Of a stretch of 38,563 nucleotides of DNA, positions 1-11,846 are shown piece by piece (within the stretch, counting starts at the first letter, position 1; each line of letters opens with the position of its first letter). The stretch spans positions 46,016,222 to 46,054,784 of the forward strand of contig NC_068984.1 in NCBI RefSeq assembly GCF_001194135.2, read 5' to 3'. Under the pieces are notes generated by a model. It saw nothing but the letters and a program-made list of their open reading frames with translations, searched no databases and had not been told where the DNA came from. Source of the stretch: Octopus bimaculoides (lineage: Eukaryota). The position numbers were made by a program, and so were the translations under genes.

Positions 1-72
<72 letters not shown>
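1..72. repeat. (GT)n microsatellite
   Basis: Near-pure gt run from the window start. Confidence 0.98.
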
Positions 73-74
<2 letters not shown>

Positions 75-631
75 TTACAGACTTAGTGTGACAAACGCAT
101 GCGAAAATTCGCTCCTAATGGAGTACTTTATCTTGTTCTAGTCTTAAGCTCTACATTTTGTTATTGGCAACGTTATCGCTAAGTCCATGAGGCAGACGAA
201 GCGGTATTTGTGCATAAATTAGAAAACTATTTGCACGGTTCTATTTTTTTAGGTGATCATCTATGAAGCAGCTGATTTAGTTCTTACTATTTTAGTTTCA
301 TTAAGTGATAAGTGTGTTTTCATTAAATGATAAGAGTACAGCAAAATCTCCATTCAATACCAGCAAAGCCGTTACCATCACGAGGAAAAGTGATACCAGC
401 ACATCAACACAAATGAAGCAATTGTGGATTATCTACCTCATTGCGCAATATGCATGAAATAGCAAACGGATTTTTTTCAACCACACATTGTTTAATAGGT
501 AGTCTGATCTACACTATGGTTTTAAGAAAATGTCGTGGCTTTGATCGTCTTTTTTGCTATCCAACACTACCACTAACTACCATAGCAGTAGCAAAACAAC
601 TAACAGTAACACAATAGTTAATAATACTGGT

Positions 632-850
632 GGAGCAGTGAGCTTGGCAGAATCATTAGCACGCCTGACAAAATACATAACGCCATTTCCTCTGTCTCTA
701 CGTTCAGAGTTCACATTCCGACGAGGTCGGCTTTTGCTTTCATCCTTTTTAGGGTCAATAAAATAAGTACCAGTTGAGCACTGGGGTCAATGTAATCGAT
801 TTACCCCTCCCCCGAAATTGCTGGTCTTGAGGTGAAAATTTGAAATCAAT
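632..850 (+). mobile_element. tRNA-derived SINE, family A (diverged copy)
   Basis: A-box-like TGGCAGAATCATTAGC, B-box-like GAGTTCACATTCC, central GCTTTCATCCTTTTTAGGGTCAATAAAATAAGTACCAG; aligns by eye with 10873-11102 and 37352-37557. Confidence 0.8.
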
Positions 851-859
851 GATACATAT

Positions 860-1075
860 TGATGACAGTCTCCACAGGAACGTTAAGCTGCTAGTAAAAG
901 CAGTTAAATTGTCCTTAAACCACTTATTTCTTTTTTAAAAGAAAGACTGCATTAGATAGTTGTATATAAAACGTGTTAGAATATTTATGATATGGCTACA
1001 GTTTTGCATGTCGAGAGCGCCTATGATTATAAGTCTGCTTAATCATAAGCGATCTATGAATAAATATCAACACCA
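860..1075 (+). mobile_element. Old interspersed repeat, family E (SINE or LINE 3' end), decayed
   Basis: Reverse complement shares AGCAGACTTATAATCATAGG-like and related motifs with 5152-5285 and 25436-25540. Confidence 0.4.
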
Positions 1076-1209
1076 TCTTAAATAAAAAGAATCCATGATC
1101 TCTCTTTCTGCGCAGGTGCTACATTGGGAAATGTCTTTCTTCTTCACCTCTGGGCCGTCCAGATCATTGTGCCTGGATTTCGGAGACAGATTCTGATAGA
1201 CGCTAGTCG

Positions 1210-1260
1210 TATATATATATATATATATATATATCTGTGTGTGTGTGTGTGTGTGTGTGT
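1210..1260. repeat. (TA)n + (TG)n compound microsatellite
   Basis: Direct reading; left flank of the 1261-2122 element. Confidence 0.95.
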
Positions 1261-2122
1261 TTAAAAATATAAGAGTGTATAAAATATTTTTTATGCATAA
1301 AGAGGAGACCGTTAGCAGGACTCGTTACATTCTAAAAAGGCTAGTTAAAACCCAAACCATGAAAATGAGAATTCTTGAGGCACGCCATTATAACACTAGA
1401 AGGAACAAGACAAAATGAATTAGTTAATATAATGGCGCGCTTCATGAATTGTCGTTTTCGTGATTTGGGTTTTAACTGGCCTTTTTAACATGTAAGGAGT
1501 CCTGCGAATAGTCTTCTCTTTGTGTATAAAAATATTTAAAAAAATATGTTATGTTTTATGACTTTTATCTATGCATGCTAACCACCGCTAATAAGTTATT
1601 TTAATTTATTACCCTCGTATTTGCAATAGTATTATTTATAATTCTGATGCTCTATAGGATACAGCTTTAAATTTGTTTATGTACTGCTGGACTATAGATT
1701 TGTGCTTGTGCATTAATTCGAACCCGTAATGGATAAAGATGTAACTGGCTTGCGCACGTGTTTTCGGTGCGTATTTGCAACTACATAATTATTCATTAAT
1801 TAGCGATTTCGCTGATGAGCTACAGATTCCAAATTAGTTTATTTGGCAATTAATACCGAAACTTAAGTTCGGGATTATCTAATTGATTTTTTTTGTTCGT
1901 TCTATTTTATATTGGCTTGCCTCATGAATTCTCTTTTTAATGGTTTGGGTGGCAACTTGCCTTTTTAGCATGTCAGGATGCCTGTCAATGGTCTCCTCTT
2001 TATGTATAAAACTATTTTGTGCACTCTTATATTTTTAAAAATATGTTATACTTTATGACTTTTACTTATGCATGCTAACCACTGGTAATAAATTACTTTA
2101 ATTTATACCCGCATATTTACGA
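1261..2122 (+). mobile_element. Non-autonomous Penelope-like or retrozyme-like element: inverted terminal copy, about 1.4 direct units of 480 bp, and a hammerhead motif
   Basis: 1261-1427 is the reverse complement of about 1875-2040; 1428-1630 is a direct copy of 1908-2122 (offset 480); hammerhead motif at 1805-1876; microsatellites on both flanks; no ORF in the supplied track. Confidence 0.65.
1805..1876 (+). ncRNA. Type-I hammerhead ribozyme motif with palindromic stem III and long stem II
   Basis: Stem I GATTTCG/CGGGATT; core CTGATGA 1812-1818; G1819-C1857 closing pair; inner CCAAAT/ATTTGG hairpin; GAAA 1858-1861; palindrome ACTTAAGT 1861-1868; NUH triplet GTT with predicted cut after 1869. 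Confidence 0.7.
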
Positions 2123-2230
2123 TATATATATATGCACACACACATATACATTTCCATACACATATGTATGTATGTAGGTATGTATGCATACATGCATCCA
2201 TGCATATATGTATGTATGTATGTATGTATG
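2121..2230. repeat. (TA)/(CA)/(TATG)n compound microsatellite
   Basis: Direct reading. Confidence 0.9.
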
Positions 2231-2599
2231 CATCCATCAAGCTGCCTGAAATGGTGGCATTTAGTTTTGCTATCGGGCGGATTATATCTGTATCCAACAA
2301 CCGGAAACGAAAAAGAATAGAGCGAAAAAAGCAAAGATTAAATACAATGAAAGGACAAAAAATTCTAGACTTTATTGCCATAACATTATATAGCAGAGAA
2401 AAAAATAAAAAAATTTGGACAGTCATCGTCATCGTTTCTGTTATTTTTCCTGATATAATTTTTCTTTTTTGCGTAAAATATTTTGTTGTGTTTAATAAAA
2501 TAGAAAGTTTGGAACATTTTAGCCTCTAGAGATTAAACCACTCGAAAAAATATAATGAGTGTCATATTACAAACATTGGTGTTTTTCTATTCTAATGTA

Positions 2600-2602
<3 letters not shown>

Positions 2603-2656
<54 letters not shown>
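2603..2656. repeat. (TAA)n microsatellite
   Basis: Direct reading. Confidence 0.95.
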
Positions 2657-2660
<4 letters not shown>

Positions 2661-2731
2661 GTCAATTTTATCAGTTTTTAACAATATTTAGAACTGGTAG
2701 ATTTGCAAAATCTTATGCATTTTTTTTTTCA

Positions 2732-3126
2732 CTCCTTTGTATCTTTTAGGCATTGGACCGCGACCATTCCGAGAGAGCGCCTTGAAGTGGTTAATTGATC
2801 AAATTGGAATCGGTACATATATTTTAAAGTCTGGTACATTTTCTGTTGGTGTCTGAAGAATCGCCAAGTTATGGGGGATGTAAACGAAACAACACCGGCT
2901 GTCAAGCAGCACGAGACAAACACAAATAGATATATGTACACATGCACACATATACATACACATACATGTCAGACTTCGGAACAGTTTCTATTCATCAAAT
3001 TCCCTGAAAATATATTGCTAGGCTCGAGGTCCATATTTTTTGTCCAAGGCGCTGCACAATAGAGCTGAAACCGCAACCAAATGGTTGCATAGCGAACTTC
3101 TTAATTACACAGCCGTACTTGTGCCT
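2732..3126 (-). mobile_element. tRNA-derived bipartite SINE, family B (strongly decayed)
   Basis: Same module order as 12473-13168: 3' module, internal CA/TA tract (about 2915-2968), head ending ...CACAGCCGTACTTGTGCC on the + strand. Confidence 0.65.
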
Positions 3127-3668
3127 GATGGTTAGAAGACCGAGTACCTCCAATAGGACAAATCTACTCGTCTCTTTTGCGTAGTAAAATATTAAATTTC
3201 CAAGATACAGTGTTTATTGAGGTACTACGTTAAAAATTATTACATTTTTTATTTACTCATCTCTCTGTCTCTCGTCATTTTTGTGCAGCTCAATTACCCC
3301 AGATGTCACATTAATAATAATTCTCAGTTCTTCCTCACTAGAATGTCATCCCCCACCCCCGGAATCTGCTCCTTGTTCATCTCATTTCAGTTGTTATTAA
3401 TGTCCAGCATTAACAGCATTAAGTTGGTCAGTCTCTAAGAGATGTAAAATATCATAGCCCCTTCCTCCAAATTCAGCAAGTGTTGAATTGTTTTTTCTGG
3501 TGTTCTACTATCTATTTTGGTATTCTACTACTCCGTAGCAAGGTTAGCCACTTCTGGCAACTCTACACACGCTGTTCATTAATAATACAGGAATTATTGA
3601 ATTCACGGGTTAGAAATGCATACAATAGAGTTACTGATGATCTATGCTTCTCTATACGGAGACATAAG

Positions 3669-3669
<1 letters not shown>

Positions 3670-3700
<31 letters not shown>

Positions 3701-3717
3701 TGTATGTATGTATGTAT

Positions 3718-3754
<37 letters not shown>

Positions 3755-3775
3755 CTGTGTGTATGTATATATGCA
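3670..3775. repeat. (TATG)n + (TG)n microsatellite
   Basis: Direct reading. Confidence 0.95.
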
Positions 3776-5151
3776 TGCATCATCTTTGCAATAGTGTACG
3801 CGCACATGAATGTCTCCGCTTGGCAGTAGAAACAAGGCTAGCATACAAGTAAATGGAGACATCATGACTTGATATAAGTATGCATATATATGTATGCTCA
3901 TACATATGTATATCTATACATGCGCGTATTTTAACTGTACACTCATACCCATACATATGGGCGCATGTTGCTGGATTTTATCATGTTTTTCTGTGTTTAA
4001 GAAATGACATATTTATAATATAGTTTGGATATTATTTATAGATTAGAAAGTATATTTAATAGATAAATTATTGTTTAATTAAAAGAAATCAGCTAAAAAT
4101 ATGCAATAAAAAACTAACAAGTCTAATGTTTGAACATTGATGACAGAAATGATTATCGATCCCATATCTTCAATCAATGTTGTAAGTGACGTTTTTAATG
4201 TGATTAGTCTATGGTCAGCCATAATTAAGTAGACCTAAGGCGAAAGAAATTCCAGTCATGAAATTCCGAGTCTTTTTTCCAATGACCATATTATCCAATA
4301 TGTTCTTTTCTTACACAATGACTTGCGATTTTAAAGGAGATTGGCTGTTATTTGCAGCAGGTCAGGTCAAACAAGTGAGTAAAAAAGCCCCCTCGCTGGT
4401 TCGTTTTATCTGTAGTAAAAATCAAATAGTTGTTATTAAGTATCTAAAATTTCATGGCTGTCTCCATTCTGATATTATGTAACATAATAGAACCACTTAT
4501 GTAGACAATATGAATAAAAAGAACGAAAGCAAAAACATCTATCTAGCGAACAATCTTTCACACACGTATTTCAGTCAAATCACAAAAGATAAATACAATA
4601 GCAATATTTTAGAGATATAACTTTATGCATTAGCCAGATTTTGTGATACTAATAGACATGTTCATATCAATTCAAATAACACAAGTGGGTTGCAATAATC
4701 AAATCGAACGACGCCATTCGAATATATTCTATAGGAACGAATGACAAAATATAAATATGATTAAGTAAACTACAATAGAATTACTGGTACTAATTTCATC
4801 GTCTCCCGATAGACTGACGATACCATAAGGAAGTTGAAGAAAAAAATATACACATGACAAATGTGTAAAAAACAAACATACATATACAACCGTACACCCA
4901 CACGAGGACGTTTAGAAAAAATCGCAAGCATAAATACACACACATACACATACATTACGCTGGTTCACAGGTACACACATGTATAGACAGGTTCACATAC
5001 GTACATACATACGTACATACATACACACATTTAAATAGCGATTTAAAGACGAAAGAATGAAGGCACATAGAAACATAAGACACCTATTTAATGGAAATTT
5101 AATAAGTGATAAGAATGATTAATTTCAATTCGTTATTTTTTGTGGCCGTTA

Positions 5152-5285
5152 TAGGATGTTGCTGTTGTTTAGCCCAAAGTCATACTCGATCAAGTTGGCC
5201 TATGTGAAAAAGCTTTTCAGCCATGACTATATCCATTGGTTTTGGTGTATCTAGGGCTACATTATCCAGTGTGTCCAATATTCAA
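5152..5285 (-). mobile_element. Family E repeat fragment with (AAC)n-like tail
   Basis: GTTGTTTAGCCCAAAGTCATACTCGATCAAG resembles 7770-7800 and the reverse complement of 28775-28815. Confidence 0.5.
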
Positions 5286-5599
5286 GATGTTCCATTGTTG
5301 GTGCAGCTGTTGTTTTGTTGTCGATTATGATGATAATGACGATGAAGATGATAAAAAAAGATGGGGTGGTAATAGCTGAAACAAAGAAGATAACAATTCT
5401 TAAATAACAAGGTATTTTATTTTATATTGATAAATGTATTATTTATTCAAAATGTATTTTTCTTTCTGATATTGATTTTAATTATCCCAGTTGTCCCAGA
5501 CTTTCTCTGTCTCTATCGTTCTGTTTGCACAGTCTCCTTCTTTGTCACACTAACTCTCTTTCTCTTCGTTTTTAACTTCTACTTGTACCACATCCATTA

Positions 5600-5740
5600 A
5601 TTATTCTACAACTATTACAACTTACAACACTACCATCACTACCAACGCCAACGCCAACACCAGCACCAACACCACCTCTACCGCCTCCGCCCACTACCAT
5701 TACCATCACCACCAGCACTACCATTCCCATTACTACTAAA
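5600..5740. repeat. Cryptic (ACC/ACT/AAC) trinucleotide low-complexity tract
   Basis: Degenerate triplet periodicity; explains the spurious 5572-5784 ORF. Confidence 0.8.
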
Positions 5741-6649
5741 TTTTGTTTTCTCTTTTTGAAGCTTTTATTCTTATATGTGGACATGTTATTAATATTCGTT
5801 GATAATTTAATTCTTCTAATTGAGTTTTATTTTCCTTCAAGTAGGATTCTAATGGCATTTCAAATGATGTCTTTTTTTCTCGTTAGAATGAAAGTAAAAC
5901 AAAAATGCGAAAAGATATATAGTAAAAATAACAACCGAAGCAACAATACTAACAACAAGCCTTTTCTATAGAAAAAAGTAACGAGCACAAAAATATCCGA
6001 TAATAACAATATTATTAATTATTATTAATATATTTATGTTTTTATTATGAACAGATTTTTTTCATAAGGACAAAATGTGGATGATGAAAAATCGTTGTTT
6101 AAATATGTCAAACTTGAAGTCTGAGACTAAAGCAAACGTTTTCACCATGTCCACATGTTGTAAGACAAAACTACATTAAACTTCATTTCGACGAATACAT
6201 TGAATATTCACTTTTGAAAATGCAATAGATAAACTGTGCAAGCGTTGCACATCTGAAGGCAATCAGTTAAGAGACCTTAATAATGTCGTATAGATCATCT
6301 AATGGAAATTGTATTGGAAGTATAAGATGAAAAGTCGGACCTTTTATGAGCACTAAATTCTGCATATTGTTATGCTTAAAAATATCAAGATATTACCAGA
6401 TTTTGCGAACTAATACAACTATATGATATAAATTAATGAGCATGATATTGTTGCCGTGAACAAAATATCAAATGATACCTGAAAATTCCTATCAGAAAGA
6501 TTTTGAGCACTTGAAAGACTATTGAAAATTAGAAGATAACCAAGACCGAATCTGAGTAAAAAGAAAACAAATAAAAAGCGAAAAAAACCCCTTCTACTAG
6601 AGGCATGAGTACTGCTCTTAGTACTTGACTGATATATATTTCATGCACA

Positions 6650-6735
6650 CGAAAGACTGAAAAGCGGAGCTTGAACTCAGAGGGTAAAGACGGACGAAAG
6701 ACCAAGAAACAACGATTCTGCCAGCTTGCTGCCTT
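6650..6735 (-). mobile_element. Family A SINE head fragment
   Basis: TTGAACTCAGA...AACGATTCTGCCAGCTTGCTGCC is the reverse complement of the family A B-box and A-box region, with an internal deletion. Confidence 0.65.
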
Positions 6736-7751
6736 AATAATAATTAAGTGTAGAGTATATCCCTGCCGCACCTCTACACTCGATCAGAAGTTGAAGTCTC
6801 CAAGCCAGACCAAATCTGCATAGTTAGCACTCTTTCTTTATTATGCAAATTATACTGTTAAAAATACCCTCTGTCAAATCTTGCAAACAAGCAATGATGA
6901 GATCTGATAAACCTACGGTGTATAATAATACTGAAATATTTCTGTGGCTGACACTCAGCCTAGTAACAAAAATCCAAAGCAAGCATGAAAATTCAATTTT
7001 ATGCAAAATTAACATCACATTTCTTAAATTTATCTCAATCTTTTCTTTAAGGGTCGCTACATATCACCGCTAGGTTTTGTGAAAATTTCCCTCTAACCTC
7101 TAACAGGAAAATTTCAGTTCATCTAGCAATTTTACCTTCGTCATTCAGTAGATCACCACTTACCTGAATGATTGTCATGAAGGCTTACACCATTGATGCG
7201 TACAATCACAGATTTGATATACAAATGTACACACCCACAAAATGACTGATTAATAAGCAATATATATATAACTCACATGCTTACCTGCACGTCACGTGAT
7301 ATCCCTGCTATTCTGACCCAATAGGAATTGACTGCCCTCTATCGATTCATACTATATGCATACAGCTTTTATCGATGTATCTATTGTTACACCAGTTCTG
7401 TTTTAACACATTAAAAGGGTATATCGACCAAACCCAAAAAGTAAACAATTGATAATTATAGACAAAGCGGGAAAGAGATAGGAGGGGGATGAGAAGAAAG
7501 AGAAAGAGAACAAGAATAAGGCATAAAGGAGAGGTTTTAGAAATGCAGTATTCATAACTTTCTTTTCTTTGCTTTTTTTGTATGAGCTCGTATTCAGTGG
7601 AACGTTTTGGTGCAATGCATTTAAAAAAAGCTCAAAAATATTTATAAAAGTGAGTAATTTCCTTTATATTTAGAAATGCAACCGGTTGTGTGCATAGAGT
7701 GTTGGTTCGTAACGTAACTCGTCATAGCAAATATATTTTTGCTTTGTCATT

Positions 7752-7830
7752 GTTGTTTCTGTGGAGGTTTTGCCCTAGGTCAGCCCTGATTTAGCAAACC
7801 ATTGATTATCGGTGTTCAGGTCATGATTAT
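7752..7830 (-). mobile_element. Family E repeat fragment
   Basis: GCCCTAGGTCAGCCCTGAT matches the reverse complement of 28780-28800 and resembles 5170-5190. Confidence 0.4.
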
Positions 7831-9368
7831 TTAGTCTTTGTCTGTGGAATAATGCATTCAGAAGTACATCATCTTCTTAGGATGGGTGAAAGGAGATATA
7901 TTTGCTGTTACTTATTTTATCTGCCCGGAATAGTGAAAAGCAAATCGACCAAATGTAATGTTTTTATCAGCCGCTCTACACATTGGCTCGCCCCCATCCC
8001 ATGTCATAAATGTTTCTGTTCTAGTGGACATACAATTGTGTAATTGTTAGATATGCTTTGCGGTATTTATATGTTTATATGTATTCTCAAAAGTGTTCAG
8101 TTCTCCTCTCGCTGTAATCGGCAAAGTACTTTTCTTCTGGAGTTGAAATAAATATCAGTCAAGTTATAAGCAAAATAATTATCAGTCCAGTACCACGGTC
8201 TGCTCTAAATTTGCCTTGTCCTGTGTTAAAAAATCACTATCTTAGTCGAAATCAGTTAAGAGAAAGCGCTCACGGTTGTCAATGTCACGAATTTGTCCAT
8301 CAGAGATGACGAAAGAATTAAGTGCCATGAAAGATGAATATTTGAGTATTTGAAATTATTGGAAGGGTAAACAAACATCTAGCGGCAAATGCACCTGATT
8401 CAGAATGAGAAGAAGAGTCGATCTCAGGCAATCAGAATGTTTACTGCCTTTATATGCCTTTAAGGAAAAGAAAACCTTTCTTTTTCCTGAGTGAACTAGG
8501 AAGTTAATTAAACATGTTTTTACAGCAACTGTCATTAGTACAGAAATTGCTTTCTCTTAACTCCAAACATACGACTTAATGCTTCTAAACAAATGATAAC
8601 AGAATAGAATGCAAAAAATAACTCACCATTCCTACGATATAAATACATACATAAATGTAGGGGTTTATTATTTATGGAAAGTAAATTTTCCTTACTGCTA
8701 GTTTGACTGACAGAAAGAAAAATCCTATTAATTAAGGTAATTAATATTTTTTAGGATTAGGGTCCTTCGGGCAAGATGCCAGAACTCTACTTACAGTTGA
8801 TGCAATCTTTGTATATTAACAATCCCTGTGAAGTGTTTAATCTCTCAATTTCATAATATACAGTGATAAGCAGTTAATGTTCTTGATTACATGTAATTAA
8901 TATACTAAAGAAAACTTTGAGACAATAATGTAAATAATAAATGTATTTAGCAAATGCTTTTATAAATAATTTTTTGCAGTACGTTTTAGTGAATTTTGCG
9001 TTTCACAAGAAGAGCTATAATTCAGAGACACCAGCTGAAGCATAGTTTCGCTAGATATTTGGTCAGGAATTTCCTGGCATTCCAAGGTATTAGCCATTGC
9101 GAATAACAAGTTTTTAAATTCAACCGGTGAAACTAGCTGTGGCACGTAGCATCCTCATTCTTACTCATTAAGCACACGCGCGCGAACACAGACACAGATG
9201 CACACACTAACATACGCAAAAGGACACACATATATTTATGGGTTTATTCGAGTCATTGAGTCATTCATTGCGTTTATTTTACATACAAACAAAGCACTCT
9301 CGGTGTATAAAGGTTTGAATTGGGGACAAATATGTGCCTTGTGAAAGTCACCTGTGCATAGTTACCCA

Positions 9369-9370
<2 letters not shown>

Positions 9371-9417
<47 letters not shown>
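9371..9417. repeat. (CT)n microsatellite
   Basis: Direct reading. Confidence 0.97.
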
Positions 9418-9431
<14 letters not shown>

Positions 9432-9867
9432 AAACAAGCACATATATAAAGCCAGTCACATAAAAATTACCCTAAGCCATTCAATCCATCTTTCAAGTGT
9501 TTGTCTATTGCTACGCCTACGTTACAAAGGGTTGACTGCATTTGACATGAGTGACTTGAAGATTATTATTGTGGTAACAGGTTCTGAACTTCTGAGTGAC
9601 TTAGAAAGGAACATATAAACATTTCTTTCCTGTCTATATCAGCAATAACTCAGTGCGTTTTTTTTACCCTCTGTTGTCTGTTTCTCTCCGAAACTATCAT
9701 ACTAAGAATGACGGGTAGGTAGAGAGGCCAACAAATTGAGAATGATATTCCTGAGTAGATGAACAAAAATTGACAGGAAGAAAGATAAGAGTGAAATACA
9801 CACAAAAAAAAAACGTGGAGAAATACATGTTTACAGGAAGATAAAATAGACAGAGTCAGAAAGATAT

Positions 9868-9909
9868 ATAGATAGATAGACAAACATACAGACAGACAGA
9901 CAGACAGAC

Positions 9910-9956
<47 letters not shown>
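9868..9956. repeat. (GATA)n/(GACA)n microsatellite
   Basis: Direct reading. Confidence 0.95.
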
Positions 9957-10132
9957 GAGGTAGATAAATAAATAGAGATTGATTATAAAGTATTGAAAGT
10001 AACGTGAATAAAAGCAACACCAGAAGATCACAAACGAAACGTGTTCTTAACACACCTAGTTCTCTGTAATATTTACCTGATTTTATTGCTGTGTATTGAT
10101 TCTTTCTTTTCTTTTGATTTTACGCCCTAGTG

Positions 10133-10136
10133 CTGT

Positions 10137-10209
<73 letters not shown>
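10133..10209. repeat. (TG)n microsatellite
   Basis: Direct reading. Confidence 0.97.
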
Positions 10210-10213
<4 letters not shown>

Positions 10214-10361
10214 TGTGCATCTTCGTGAATGAGAGTGTATTTATGAATATATGCATATGCATAGTTATATATACATATATATATATAATATGTATATATA
10301 TATAGATAATATAATACACACACACTCACACATACATATATATATATATTTACATATATCT

Positions 10362-10470
10362 ATAAATATACAAGTGTATAGAATCTTTCTATACAGGAAG
10401 AGGAGATATTTGACAGGACTCCTTTCATGTTAAAAAGGCCAGTTAAAGCCTAAACAACGAAAAGAAAAAT
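10362..10470 (-). mobile_element. Fragment of the same family as the 1261-2122 element
   Basis: AGAGGAGATATTTGACAGGACTCCTTTCATGTTAAAAAGGCCAGTTAAAGCCTAAAC aligns with 1301-1357. Confidence 0.7.
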
Positions 10471-10519
10471 AAGTGTGTGTGTGTGTGTATTATATTATCT
10501 ATATATATATATATACATC

Positions 10520-10740
10520 AAAGTAGGCTACTGGAATACCACTTACTGGAAATTGGAGTTAACACTCCAAATCCAGAAATTCCTCACTATTAAGAAACCG
10601 CACGTGAATGTAACGAATATAATAAAAATAGGCCTTACCATGTATAAACCACAAAGCAAGTGTTTATTAATAATGAGAAATCTGTGAATATGGAGTGTAA
10701 ACCCCTATTTTTAACAAGTGGTATCCCAGTACCCTACTTT
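10520..10740. mobile_element. MITE-like element with 25-bp terminal inverted repeats in a TA-rich tract
   Basis: AAAGTAGGCTACTGGAATACCACTT (10520-10544) versus the reverse complement of 10716-10740, AAAGTAGGGTACTGGGATACCACTT (23/25); weaker subterminal symmetry. Confidence 0.7.
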
Positions 10741-10872
10741 ATTTATATTTTATATAAATACATACATACATACGTACACACACAAACACACGCACACACA
10801 CACGCACGCACGCACGCACACGCACACACACACACACACACACATACACACACGCACATACACACACACAAT

Positions 10873-11102
10873 AAGGCGGCGAGCTGGCAGAAACGTTAGC
10901 ACGCCGAACGAAATGCTTAGCGGTATTTCGTCTGCCGCTACGTTCTGAGTTCAAATTCCGCCGAGGTCGACTTAGCCTTTCATCCTTTCGGGGTCGATTA
11001 AATAAGTACCAGTTACGCACTGAGATCGATATAATCGACTTAATCCCGTTTGTCTGTCCTTGTTTGTCCCTTCTGTGTGTAGCCCCTTGTGGGTAGTAAA
11101 GA
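10873..11102 (+). mobile_element. tRNA-derived SINE, family A (best-preserved copy; 3' end runs into a gap)
   Basis: A box TGGCAGAAACGTTAGC, B box GAGTTCAAATTCC, core GCCTTTCATCCTTTCGGGGTCGATTAAATAAGTACCAG. Confidence 0.85.
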
Positions 11103-11759
11103 NNNNNNNNNNNNNNNNNNNNNNNNNNNNNNNNNNNNNNNNNNNNNNNNNNNNNNNNNNNNNNNNNNNNNNNNNNNNNNNNNNNNNNNNNNNNNNNNNN
11201 NNNNNNNNNNNNNNNNNNNNNNNNNNNNNNNNNNNNNNNNNNNNNNNNNNNNNNNNNNNNNNNNNNNNNNNNNNNNNNNNNNNNNNNNNNNNNNNNNNNN
11301 NNNNNNNNNNNNNNNNNNNNNNNNNNNNNNNNNNNNNNNNNNNNNNNNNNNNNNNNNNNNNNNNNNNNNNNNNNNNNNNNNNNNNNNNNNNNNNNNNNNN
11401 NNNNNNNNNNNNNNNNNNNNNNNNNNNNNNNNNNNNNNNNNNNNNNNNNNNNNNNNNNNNNNNNNNNNNNNNNNNNNNNNNNNNNNNNNNNNNNNNNNNN
11501 NNNNNNNNNNNNNNNNNNNNNNNNNNNNNNNNNNNNNNNNNNNNNNNNNNNNNNNNNNNNNNNNNNNNNNNNNNNNNNNNNNNNNNNNNNNNNNNNNNNN
11601 NNNNNNNNNNNNNNNNNNNNNNNNNNNNNNNNNNNNNNNNNNNNNNNNNNNNNNNNNNNNNNNNNNNNNNNNNNNNNNNNNNNNNNNNNNNNNNNNNNNN
11701 NNNNNNNNNNNNNNNNNNNNNNNNNNNNNNNNNNNNNNNNNNNNNNNNNNNNNNNNNNN
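11103..11759. other. Assembly gap
   Basis: N run. Confidence 1.
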
Positions 11760-11803
11760 TATATATATATATATATTTGTGTGTGTGTGTGTATATATAT
11801 ATA

Positions 11804-11846
<43 letters not shown>

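Noticed and set aside
2853-2893. CTGAAGA...CGAAAC...GTC hammerhead look-alike
   Set aside because: Aligns with the family B SINE 3' module, and no stem II or stem III forms
3634-3672. CTGATGA...GAGACATAAGTA hammerhead look-alike
   Set aside because: GAAA is broken, there is no G10.1-C11.1 pair and stem I has only 2 bp
8960-9145. 61-aa protein-like minus-strand ORF
   Set aside because: Non-ATG start, no convincing splice sites and no recognised homology
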